From the NCBI GenBank assembly GCA_907165135.1, contig OU015566.1:6386001-6450000 (forward strand): a stretch of 64,000 bases of DNA, given 5' to 3'. The notes below the pieces were generated by a model. It saw only the letters and a list, made by a program, of their open reading frames with translations, searched no databases and was not told the DNA's origin. Both the position numbers and the translations under genes were made by a program. Below, in pieces: positions 49,498 to 61,340 of the stretch. Position 1 is the stretch's first letter. The number at the start of each line of letters is the position of its first letter. This stretch comes from Oikopleura dioica (lineage: Eukaryota; Animalia; Chordata).

Positions 49498-50556
49498 TTA
49501 TGATAGATTGTATTCTTGAGCAAATGAAATATTTACAGGAGGGGCAGTGGGAAGGTCAGAAAGAACATGAATGTTGTGTTCTTCGATCCGGGGATTTTCT
49601 GTCGGCGCAGCAGCGATGAGTGTTCTTGTTGATTGCATCAAATCATGGTGAATCGGGCCTTGCTCGTAAAAGACGTAGAGCATCTGGTTGCCAATATCAG
49701 ACTGGATCATTCTGTTGAATGATGTCTTTTGCCATTCATCGACTCTAGGCTCGCCGATGCTATTTTGGACAAGATGATCAGGATGTACTCCACGCACATG
49801 TTTGACGAGCTCTGCCTTGTTCTTGATGAGGCACTTGCATCGGGAGCAGACGTATCTGGACATGGCCGCCTTGAACTTTGCATCCGCCAAGTTTTCGTCA
49901 AAGATTTGTTTAAGTTGGATCAGGTTGAGCGTATTTTCCCAGTTGAAGCATGAAAGATTCGCCAAGGCGCGGAGCTTTTCGCAGTCGTTTTCGTAGAGCA
50001 CATGTCGCTTGAAATTTTCCCGAAGAAAAACTCCAGCAATGTCCCAGTCGCCGGTTTTTTCATGGTAGAGATATTCTTGAGTAGCATCAGCAAATCTAAA
50101 AATAGGTTAATTTCAATCAAAAATTTTGCCAGAAAAATCTTACTTTTGAAATTACCTCGGATCTCTAACAGGCTTGAAAGCATCGCCATCAAAATAAGGA
50201 CTCCACGGGTCGGTCGAAAACATGGAGTAAACTTGGGCGTAATATTCGGGAGTGTTTCCTCTGTCCTCTTGAATTATCCGCGTAAATCCATGCTTCGACA
50301 ATGCCTTTAATGCCATGGGAAGGCCTTTTTTAATTAGCCAAGCCATGTCACCAAAAGCATTTTTGTCAGTAGCTCGAATAGTGGATAATAAAACTTCTGG
50401 AAGCAATGGGATGTTATCAGTCTCTCTCTGATTTCTACGTCTCTGATTTTGTAGTGGTGCAACTCTTTGTCGAGCAACCCTTCTGGCTCTTCTATACGAA
50501 GCTCCCTGTCGGGCTCTCATTCTTTCTTCATCATTGGCATGAACTAGTCTTGGCAT
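49498..50556 (-). CDS. 332-aa protein with an Arg-rich N-terminus and one C2H2 zinc finger; 2 exons (50556-50156, 50095-49498)
   Basis: 60-nt GT-AG intron joins ORF 50152..50556 in frame to ORF 49498..50001; C-x2-C-x12-H-x4-H (CSRC..HVRGVH). Confidence 0.7.
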
Positions 50557-51429
50557 TTTGATTTATTGATACAATCTTGAAGCTGTATTTATTCAAAAAA
50601 AAAACTCTAGCTCCATCGAGGAGCTAAGTGATAAAATCAACTCGGCGTGAGACAAACTTCGCGCACAAGCTGCCGATTCCAAGAAGCAGGAAAGATTAAC
50701 TTTTTGCCCGCCGCTCGGTGGCGCCTTTTGAGAGAGAAATCGAAAGATTTTCTTAATATCGGCTTATTTCAAATTTTTAACAAGCTTTATAATGTCAAGC
50801 CTATAAGCTTGTCAAAAGTATTATTAAGAATCTCGTTGCTGCTACCATGAATTTTTGAGAGCAATTCGAAAGTGCACGAGTGCGATGCGCTGTATTTTCG
50901 TTATGCGGGCGCGATTCGGCCCCAGAAATTTACTGTTTCAGCAACGGAAATAAAATTAAGATTTTCAGAAAACTAAAAGGCTCGTGATTCGAAAACTTTC
51001 TTAAAAATTGAAAGAAACCAATTTTTGAGGAATCTCTCTGAATGTTGCTATTAGGGCGCGCGTGTGGAAATTCGAAAATTCAAAAAACCGCCTTTTTTAA
51101 TTTTTAAAAAAGGTTAAGAGTCACGAGCCTATAAGGTTTCTTAAAAACAGTATTATAAATTCATAACTGCTAACAAAAATTTGTGAGGGCCAAACGCGCG
51201 CGCACGCTGAAAATTCAGGGAATCTTACTCGTGTTTTTTCAAACCGCTCTCAAAAATTCCCAGTAGCAGCTATGAATTTCTGAAAAAAGCCTTTTGAAAA
51301 GCTTATTTGCTCGAGCTTATGATGCATCTTATAAATTTAAAAAAGACCGATTTAGAAATTAGCTTTTCAAATTCAAAGAGAATGCCGCTCGGTGGCGCTT
51401 ATTTGGCAGGCAGGTTTCAAGTTCAGAAC

Positions 51430-52471
51430 ATTCGCCGAATGTCCTAAAGGATGACTGCTTCAAAAGTTTCAATATGGGACATAAACGAGCATTGTCCAGA
51501 ATTTTCAACCTGCAAGAATTTTTGCTCTGGATTGCTCTGGATTTTCAAACTGCCAGAATCTGGAGTGTGTTGATGAAGATGAGTGTTCCCTTGAACTATA
51601 TGACGAAAATATGATCTGCAGTAACACGATCGGAAGCTACTCGTGTGACTGTGTTGATGGAATGAAAATGATGGCTGTGACTGTTATGATGTTGATGAAT
51701 GTGAAGAGGAAAATGCTTGCCCTGAAAATTCGATTGGTAAAAATATTGATAGGAGCTTCGAATGTTTTGCCAATCAGGATTTACCGGCGATATTTGTTTT
51801 GGATGTCTGTTTTGTGATACCTGTTTCGATGTCGACGAATGCGAAAAGGGGGATCACTTGTGCGAAAAAATCTGCATCAATACAATTGGGAGCTTCACAT
51901 GCTCGTGCCTTGTACCAATGCGACAACTCGACACATACAACTGCGAAGATGTAAGCAAGGATGATGAGCTTCAAAAAATGATGGAAAATGAACTAACGAG
52001 TATTTCCGAAAAATGCAACTTGCCTTGAAATTTAAAAACGACTCGAAACTTGTTTCAGAAGCAATAGGCGAAGCGTCAGCGAGAACTAGAAATCTTCTGT
52101 CGAATCTTCTCGCTCCTAAAAGTGGAGATGACTCTTTTTTGAAGAAAATTGGATCTTCGAGTGTGGATCTACTAGAATCAAGATCAAGTAAGAAGGGATT
52201 GCTAGCTGAAATTAAATTTAATCCCTTTATCTACTCTGACGACGATTTGAGACTTGCCAACCAAGTTTTCGAGGGCTCCCTAACTCTGTCCAAAAAATCC
52301 GAAAAAGGCCAGTTCAGCTGCTTCCAGAGCAATCTAACTTTTAATCTTGGCGCGCCGCGGGAGATCGCTAGAATTTTTCGATCGAGGCCACCTTCCGGGG
52401 CGGTGCACCAAGATTTAAAAAAAAGATTGCTACGAAAGCGGTTCCGAATGCCAAGGACTAACCTAGAATAG
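51430..52471 (+). pseudogene. Decayed calcium-binding EGF repeat gene
   Basis: DEDEC..CSNTIGSYSCDC, DVDEC..CPENS and DVDEC..CINTIGSFTCSC modules broken by 1-nt frameshifts at about 51661 and 51769. Intron 51951-52000 joins in frame to ORF 52013..52471. Confidence 0.7.
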
Positions 52472-52949
52472 CTAGCATTTTCTGTGCAAAAAGAAATAAA
52501 TTAGATTTTTACTCAAAAGACTTTTCTATTTTCATAAGTCGCCGAGTGAGCTGTGACAGAAATCGAAGAAATTTGGTTTTTTGGGAGTTTGAATTTGAAC
52601 TCAACTTGTGCGTCGCCAGTAGAATCTTCCAACATAGCAAGGTAGCACATCTTCCAGTTCTTTTTTTCTTTCCTGGAGATTTTCTGATTGCAATACGCGA
52701 AAGAAGCCCAGTTGGAAAAAGTCTCTCCGCCAATAGAGTAGTTGTCTTTCGCGCAATTTATAAGTTCAGAATGTCTTCTGACCAAGATTTTTATTATTTT
52801 CTGATAATAAAAAATTTTTTATTGACAAAATAACGTTAAGAAGGGGCTAATAAACGTGATAATAGCATTAAATTTTTAATAAGAAATAAAATAATCATCT
52901 AAATCTTGGTTGAGAATTTTCTGACCAAGATTTCTCACATTTTCCAAAA

Positions 52950-53100
52950 AAAAAGCCAGCCCCTCCGACCATTTCCCCGCTGGGATTAGGCTGGAGGGGC
53001 TTTTTTGCGTTTGGCGAGCCTGAGGCCAAAATTGACCAAACGTAAAAAAGCCCCTCCAGCCAAATCCCCGCGGGGAAATGGCCGGAGGGGCTGGCTTTTT
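52950..53100. repeat. GC-rich hairpin element, right copy, inverted relative to 48205-48343
   Basis: Same arms; loop CGAGCCTGAGGCCAAAATTGA is nearly the reverse complement of the left-copy loop. Confidence 0.85.
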
Positions 53101-53379
53101 CAAACCAATTAAAGTGCGAAGAAACTTTTTTCTCGTAACCAAGATTCAGAGAATTCTCTCCATTAAATTTTTCTTCTATCGATAATATAACGATTATTAA
53201 CCCTTAATTTACGCAATGATAGTGTCAAAATTAAGATTTTGAAGTAAATTCTTATCTTAATCTTGGTTGACAATTTTTGACCAAGATTCCTTCCTTTTTC
53301 CCATTGATGAAAATTTTTTCTCACCAATAGAACGTTAATAAACGGCTAATGAAGGCAATATTAGTGCAAAAAATTTAAA

Positions 53380-54014
53380 GTGGGCTTGTCTCGGCATCTC
53401 GAAAATGGGCTTGTAGAAAGGGATCTGCCAACAGACTCGTCCGACACTTTAACAAATACAACCGTCAATTCCAGGCGCGAATGTGCTCCGGCGAGTAATT
53501 TATTTTCGTTGGTGTAATTTCATAAAAAGATATCAGTTTTGTAAAATTTGAAGCTAAATCGAAACTTTTGACAGCCCTCTCCGAAGCCAAGAACAATTTT
53601 CTTCGATGCAAACTGGCGTCAAATTCCAACGCCAATGAAAAACGTCAAGATCGGCTGCTGCAACGGACAGGCTTACAATTCGCAGAAGCGATGCTGCTGC
53701 CGACGAGTTTCGTTTGATATGGACAAGAAATTCTGCTGCGCCATCAACGTACTTTTCAAAAATACCTTTGCAAAGTTACTAAAATGGTGATTTCTAGGGT
53801 TGCGAAAGCTTCAAGATCATGAATAGAGGCAGCATTCAGGACTACAACGATTGTCTTTCTCTTGATGGTAAGACAAATTATCGATACCTACACCCTTAAT
53901 CCTTCTTTTCGCTCTTTTATCAACCAATTTTCAGGTCTCGTCGTGCAGGAATACGGCTACCAAGGTCAACGAGGACAGCCCAAGATCTTCGGAAACGACC
54001 GAAGCCGAAACTAA
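53380..54014 (+). pseudogene. Galaxin-like tail (copy B) joined to a different upstream exon
   Basis: Acceptor at about 53575 gives PSPKPRTIFFDANWRQIPTP in frame with MKNVKIGCC (53635). An upstream Cys-containing segment (CRKGSANRLVRHFNKYNRQF..MC) lies at about 53400-53485. Confidence 0.45.
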
Positions 54015-54703
54015 ACCCCTTCCACCGAGCAGTATCCGGAAAGTGGCAACAATCAGGGCGTAAGAGGTTAAAATCAGTCGCAGTACAAACAAAGCCCCCT
54101 TGACTAAATTTCCTTGAAGTCCTGTTTCGCGTCTCCTTTTCCGTAGTTTTATATTTTGCGCTTTCAAAAAAGACTTCTTCAATTTTCAAACGAAATCTCG
54201 CCGATTTTTTTTTATCTTTTTTGCCACATTTTTTTTGTCTTTTTTTTGTAAATTTTTTGTGTTAATTTTTAACTCATCGTCGCGGTCGACAAAATTTCGA
54301 CCATCCGCGATCATCACAAAACGAAACACGCGAGTACTATTTAAAAAAAGAAAACCATCAACCCTGAATTTCCCAATCCCCAAAAAACTACTTTCACTTT
54401 TTGATATAATTTTTCTTGTGTAAATATCGCGCCACTAAGAACATGAATCAAACATGGCAGAACGCACGTCTGTACAGAAGACCACAAGATGGTAGCAGCC
54501 GACAAAAAATAACGAAGAAAAAAATGAAGAAAAAACTCATCTTCCACAAAAAACAGCTGCCGCTTTATTTCAATAAATTTCCTGTTTATACCTAAAAATT
54601 GATTTTTATAATTTTTTGCATCAAAATTTTGAAACTCGTCTTGAAGAAAATAGGAATCTACAAAAATAACATTTACTTCCGCTTTCATCCCCATATAATC
54701 AAG

Positions 54704-55034
54704 GCTTCTGAGGGAGAGCAATACAGTGAGAAAGAAATGAGTGCAATTAATGATTTTTACGACAAGCTCCGCCCTGATCAAGTGAACAAGTTCCAATAAA
54801 TTTTGGAGGATCTGAGAGGGGCCTACGACAACCTTGATCCTGCCGAGAAAGAGTTCTTCGAGTCGAAATACTCAGACGGTTCTGCTGGTGATTGCCCGGT
54901 GGTGAGGCTTATTGGTAATGCTGAAGCCTTCGATACAGGTAAATTTTTATTTCGAATTAAAAATGTTTCTAAAAATTTAAATTCTCCCAGAAGCAACAAC
55001 TGATGGTCAAAGCCATTTTTGTATTCTTTTATAA
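54704..55034 (+). pseudogene. CaaX-protein paralogue with a premature stop (copy B)
   Basis: TCA in copy A reads TAA at 54797-54799; the terminal CILL-stop is retained. Confidence 0.6.
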
Positions 55035-55210
55035 AAGAAAAATTGTATCTTGAAAGAAAATATGCAATAAAATGATCAAAATAAGACTTCAAGAAAATCA
55101 AACCGTTTTTTACATGCTAAGTGTATTGAGAAAAGCAAAAGAAGTATCGCCTAAATAAGTGACAATTTGTGTAAGGTGTTTTCGTGAAGATCGTGTTCAA
55201 TTTCCAAAGC

Positions 55211-56069
55211 TCAAGAATTTTGAAGATTCTCCATTGTATCGAATATCCAGTCCACATAATTCGAAACTTTAGCGTAAATTCCTGGAAAATTCGGAGCAGC
55301 GCAGCCGAAACCCCAAGATACAACACCGTAAACAACGGGTTTTCCAAAAGCTTCGCAGACCAAGGGTCCTCCAGAGTCGCCCTGGCAGGAGTCTTTACCG
55401 CCGTCAGTTTGTCCATCGCCATCAAAATCGGGTATTCCAGCGCAAAACTGTGTCTCCCAGGTTGTTGGCTCAAAACTTATCATATTCGTCGCTTCACAGT
55501 ACTCGTTAGAAAATGTGTAGACGCCGACTTCATTCAAAAGATGACTTGGCTCGTTACCAACCCCATAACCTGCTACCTTGCAGTAAGATCCGTCGGCAAC
55601 ATGGTCTGCTGGAAGACATGCAGGGGATATCTTCGATGCGCAAGTCTCTGGGCCGTCAGGCCCGTACTGATTGATAAGCGACTCCTTGACATTGGGAATT
55701 TTCAGAAGACAGATGTCATGAGGAGTTCCAGTCTCGTCAGTACTGTTGAAATCAAAATGATCGTAATTTTCGTGAATTTTGAAGTCTTGCAACTCAAGGT
55801 CCAAACTGCAAGGTTCAACACGGTCGATGACTGAGACTCCTAGAAGCACAAGGGCATCATCTATATTTGTACCGAAACAACAGTGTGCAGCAGTCAGCAC
55901 AAAATCGTGAGAGCCGTCTTCAAACATTGTGATCAATGTTCCTCCGCAGGAGAAATCAAAGTTCGCGTAATAAGGATGCGCATCGATCGGCACATCTGTT
56001 CCGCCGATGATTTTTGTAAGAGGTTCGCTCTCGATTGGTTCAAGAGGAGTTTCACAAGTCATGTTTTTC
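55211..56069 (-). pseudogene. 5'-truncated copy of the active trypsin domain (copy B)
   Basis: Open frame from KNMTCETP to the stop with an intact triad. Upstream exons are replaced at the B/C junction by non-coding sequence; the ORF-track N-terminus MGNSGLL.. is junction read-through. Confidence 0.75.
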
Positions 56070-56549
56070 ATATTTTCAATTTTTAACTCATCGTCGCGGT
56101 CGACAAAATTTCGACCATCCACGATCATCACAAAATAAAACACGCGAGTACTATTTAAAAAAAAGAAAACCAACAACCCTGAATTTCCCAATCCCCCAAA
56201 AAACTACTTTTACTTTTTGATATAAGTTTTTCTTGTGTAAATATCGCGCCACTAAGAACATGAATCAAACATGGCAGAACGCACGTCTGTACAGAAGACC
56301 ACAAGATGGTAGCAGCCGACAAAAAATAACGAAGAAAAAAAATGAAGAAAAAACTCATCTTCCACAAAAAACAGCTGCCGCTTTATTTCAATAAATTTCC
56401 TGTTTATACCTAAAAAGTTGCTTTCTATATTTTTTTTTGCATTCTTATTTTGAAACTTGTCCCTTTCGTATCATCGCTGAAGAAAATAGGAAGCAATAGT
56501 AAGCGACAAAAATAAAATTGACTTCCGCTTCCATCCGCATATAATCAAG

Positions 56550-56880
56550 GCTTCTGAGGGAGAGCAATACAGTGAGAAAGAAATGAGTGCAATTAATGAT
56601 TTTTACGACAAGCTCCGCCCTGATCAAGTGACCAAATTCCGATCAATTTTGGACGATCTGAGAGGGGCCTACGACAACCTTGATTCTGCCCAGAAAGAGT
56701 TCTTCGAGTCGAAATACTCAGACGGTTCTGCTGCTGATTGCCCGGTGGTGAAGCTTATTGGTAATGCTGGAGCCTTCGATAAAGGTAAATTTTTATTTCG
56801 AATTAAAAATGTTTCTAAAAATTTAAATTCTCCCAGAAGCTACAACTGATGGTCAAAGCCATTTTTGTGTTCTTTTATAA
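56550..56880 (+). CDS. Small CaaX (CVLL) protein, copy C
   Basis: Matches 43577-43907. Confidence 0.55.
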
Positions 56881-57057
56881 AAGAAAAATTGTATCTTGAA
56901 AGAAAATATGCAATAAAATGAGCAAAATAAGACTTCAAGAAAATCAAACCGTTTTTTTGCATGCTAAGTGTATTGAGAAAAGCAAAAGAAGTATCGCCTA
57001 AATAAGTGACAATTTGTGTAACGTGTTTTCGTGAAGATCGTGTTCCTATTCCAAAGC

Positions 57058-59662
57058 TCAAGAATTTTGAAGATTGTCCATTGTATCGAATATCCAGTCA
57101 ACATAATTGGAGACTTTAGCGTAAATTCCTGGAAAGTTCGGAGCAGCGCAGCCGAAACCCCAAGAAACAACACCGTAAACAACGGGTTTTCCAAAAGCTT
57201 CGCAGACCAAGGGTCCTCCAGAGTCGCCCTGGCAGGAATCCTTCCCTCCGTCAGTTTGTCCATCGCCATCAAAATCTGGGATTCCAGCGCAAAACTGCGT
57301 TTCCCAAGTTGTTGGCTCGAAACTTATCATATTCGTTGCCTCACAGTACTCGTTAGAAAATGTGTAAACGCCGACTTCATTCAAAAGATGCGATGGCTCG
57401 TTACCAGCCCCATAACCTGCAACCTTGCAGTAAGATCCGTCGGCAACATGGTCTGCTGGAAGACATGCTGGGGATATCTTCGATGCGCATGTTTCTGGGC
57501 CCTCAGGGCCGTACTGATTGATGAGCGACTGCTTGACATTGGGAATTTTCAGAAGACAGATGTCATGAGGAGTTCCAGTCTCGTCAGTACTGTTGAAATC
57601 AAAACGATCGTAATCTTCGTGAATCTTGAAGTTTTGCAATTCAAGGTCCAAACTGCAAGGTTCAACCCGGTCGATGACTGAGACTCCTAAAAGCACAAGG
57701 GCATCATCTATATTTGTACCGAAACAACAGTGCGCAGCAGTCAGTACAAAATCGTGAGAGCCATCTTCAAACATTGTGATCAATGTCCCTCCGCAGGAGA
57801 AATCAAAGTTCGCGTAATAAGGATGCGCATCGATCGGCACATCTGTTCCGCCGACGATTTTTGTAAGAGGCTCGCTCTCGATTGGTTCAAGAGGAGTTTC
57901 ACAAGTCATGTTTTTCCAAGATGGCTGCTCGAAAGTCGCATTTGGGAAGATTCCAGGACCAGTGGGAAGCGGAGAAGAGTCAGTTGTCGACGTTTCGGTT
58001 GGTTCTGTCACAGGAGGTGGAGTGAGAACAAAGCTCTCCATTTCGTTCGCGTCAACAAAACTGACACTGATTAAATCGTCAACCTCAGCGCAAAGGCCCC
58101 AATTGTAGTCAAGCACGCCTTTGAGAACAGGATAGTCATCGACGAGGCAGATGAGCCCTCCGCCAGTATCACCAAGGCAAGTCTTTGCTGGGTCATTTTC
58201 GTCGATTGATTTGAATTCTCCATCCAAATAGATTAGAACCGCATCACGGAGAACCGTCGCTTGCTCGGGCACGAACTCAATGTAGTCACCAAGGCCAGCT
58301 ATATAGCAGCTTGTTCCACTAAAAATTATTAAGACAAAAATTCAACCCAAGATTTAACTTACTCTTCCAACTCCACATCTGATAAGCAAGCTGGCTCAAA
58401 ACACGATCCGCCAGCACAAGAATCGGGTGCGTTGTCAATCAGATTCGGAACCCTGACCATGCATTGTCTGGTTTCAGATAGAATTCCATTTCGATACTCG
58501 ATGGGATTGATTATGTATTCATCGTTGTCGGGGTATTCCAAGTCATAAGCGCCAATATGGATGTTGAATCGGGACATATCAAAGTAGCAGCACCACGAGT
58601 CTGTCACAAGCCAATCGTCAGAACCGTCCTCGTATTTTGTCAAAATTGTCAAGCCGCAGTTTTCGGTCTCATCAAAGCCCGTCTTCTCGCTCCAAGCAAA
58701 CCAGGGGTATCTTCCCTTTTTCGTTTCTTGTCCACCAGCGATTTTCGAAGAACTTCCAGGGCTTGAACAAGTTTTCGTCTTCGGCATGGATAGGGGTGGA
58801 AACTCGAAAGTTTCCTCCCAATCGATCGGCTCTTTGTAGAGTGAATGGAGCATACATTTGGTGTAGTCTTCGTTGTTGGTTTCTTCATCGATTTGCTAAA
58901 AATTGAATTAAGGCTTGGCTGGTTTTGAAAGAGCTTGATTCTCACCTTGGTCATGAAATAATAATTAGCTTTTGTCACGCATTCTTCCACTGCTTCAAAG
59001 TCGTGCTGATCTTCATTGAAATTCACCTCCATCAGCAAAGAGTCACCATTCTCATTCTTCAGTTCTCGTTGTTGATATCGTCGAGAAAACTGGAGAAAAA
59101 CACTTTCTTTCGTCCCATGTCTTTCTTTTTTCGGCGTTTGATGTCCGATGAACTGACTTTCGTAGACATCAAGTTGGAGGTCAGAAAATGAAACATGTAG
59201 ATCTTGCAAGTGGAGATGATGGTCAGTGACGAACTCGCCGCAGTTGGAAATTTTGAAGCGAACCATTCCGACGTAATCCTCCTCTGCTGGCAGCCTTGTT
59301 TTCCCTTTGAAGTCGACTGAGTAGAGAACAGAACCATATTTTCGACTGATCACCCTGGTCTTTGTCTTTGTCGCTTGCTTAGATTGGATTTAAGCATGTC
59401 CGACAAAAATTTTCTTGTAAATTATCAGACGTTAATTCCTTTCCTTAAAACCGTTGCACTTCTTTTTGCATTTGACTGACGATCCGAAAGCTGCTCCATT
59501 GTCCGGGTCACAGCCTTGCTTGAGCTTTGGAAACTCGCAGTAGCTGACTGGCTGGGATGATTCTGTTGGGCTGAATGAAGTTGTTGATGTAGCAGACGTG
59601 GAGATAATAGTTGTCGAGTGAAACGCACTCGTAGTCAAAAAGAAGGAAGAAAGTAACTTCAT
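57058..59662 (-). CDS. Two-domain trypsin-family protease, copy C (frame intact)
   Basis: Matches copy A, but the T-run near 59125 has 6 T, which keeps exon ORF 58649..59353 continuous (..HQTPKKERHGTKESVFLQF..ENGDSLLMEVNF). Confidence 0.85.
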
Positions 59663-61340
59663 CTCTTCTCGAGCGACTCTCGTTCTGACCGCACCCGAAC
59701 TTTTGCCGTCGTTTTTAAGTGCTTCATGGCTTTGACGAAGTTTAGCAGAAGAAAGAAAATCTTTAATGAACTATTCTGCGGTTTACGGAGATTGATCTTG
59801 ATATTGTATCCATCGCATTGTATTTGTTTCATGATGTGCGCATGAAAGAACGATGACCTTTGGGAGGTCTTTCTTTTTTTGCTGACCTGTCATCTTGAAA
59901 TTCTTACAAATAGATGAACCAACAACTTTTACGGAGTGCAACATGTTTTAATTAAACGCTTGTACGGTCAAAACAGTAAAGAAAAGAATGCTTAGTACGC
60001 TTTGATTTTTCGGGGAAAAAGAAAGAGGGAAAGTTAGGTCAAACATTGGTGAAGGAAACAGGGATTTTTCTAAGGAAATGACATGTCGATTTTGGCTTAG
60101 ATGTCAGTATCGTGCCAACCGTTGAGTTGTTGGTCGGGAGTTTGGTGGCCAGAGCGCGACATTTGAGTCATCGCGGTCGGAGATCGGTGCTCAGAGGGGA
60201 GGAGGGATGTTCCTTCGTCGTGGTAGGTCGTCACCTGAACTTGTTTTAAATGCTTGTATAATTTTAAAGAATGGAGGGAGAGGTTAGTTAGAAATCAAAG
60301 GAGGAAAGAAAGGAGTTAGAGAAAGGAGGATAAATCTGGATCCAATCAAGCCAATAATCAAATCGCTCAAATCTTGTTGTTATTGAACCTCGGATTTCTG
60401 AGCCGCAATAGAAATCATTTCAATATCCGCTTCAGTGAAAACTGTGATGTGCTTTGAATTGTTTGTGGTACTCATTTTTCGTTGAAAACAAGGAAGAAAA
60501 CCAGGAAGAATTGCAGAATTCTCTTTCAACAAAATTGCCTATTCAAATTCTCATCAATTTCCATTTTCGCTTGTTTTTCTGGCGGCGAGCTTCTAGGCTT
60601 GGGAACTGCCGAGGATCTTCCGGAAGCACGAGCGGAAGCATGAGTCGATGCTCGGAGAGTTTGAGGGAGGGAAGCCTTGCTCATTCGGCTGGGAGACTCG
60701 CGCACGAACGAGGTGTTTTCAATTCCACTTTCTGGTTTTGGAGTCACTTGAGCTACTTGTTGGTTCAACAATATGACAATAAATCTTTTGAGCTCCTTTT
60801 CTTCATTTGAACCTTCCCTGAAACCTTGGGCTTGCTTTTCGCAGCTTCGAGTCTGGCAATTTCTTCATCAATATTCCTCTCTGCCTCCTTTTGCTTCTCC
60901 ACAGCAATTTCATATTCTCTCATTTGCTTTTCATATTCTTCTCCAGCGGCCTTGACGGCTTTTTCTGCAGCTTTCTTTCCAAATTCATTCAAAAATCAGT
61001 GCCAAAATATAAATCTGTGATACGTGCACTTGTTTTTCCGTGTTTTTTTTTTATGAGAAAATTAAAATTTAATCGAAAATTAAAATTTAATCGATAATCG
61101 AAATTCTGTAGAGAGCTTTCTCAGAATCTTGGTCAAAATTAATCTCAGACTAAGATTTGTGATCCGTGCTCTTGCTTTTCCGTGATTTTTTTAATGATCA
61201 TTTTTGAACATGCCTGGGCGTCAACCATTCCGAAAATGGGACGTGTTGTGCGGAAAATAGCCTAGTGGAAGTGAAAAAGAAAGGAAAAGAAGAAGGAAGA
61301 TACAAGAAGTAGGAGAAGGAAGATTGAAAGATTAATTTAC

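Larger units (their letters stand above)
53635..56069. repeat. Segmental duplication, copy B (diverged, partial)
   Basis: Aligns to 42466-44942 with many substitutions and small indels. Confidence 0.95.
56078..61157. repeat. Segmental duplication, copy C (near-identical to 43105-48184)
   Basis: Offset 12973-12975. The only differences I spotted by eye are homopolymer-length changes. Confidence 0.95.

Noticed and set aside
44057-57681. 216-aa plus-strand ORFs at 44057, 55184 and 57031
   Set aside because: Antisense shadows of the trypsin exon.
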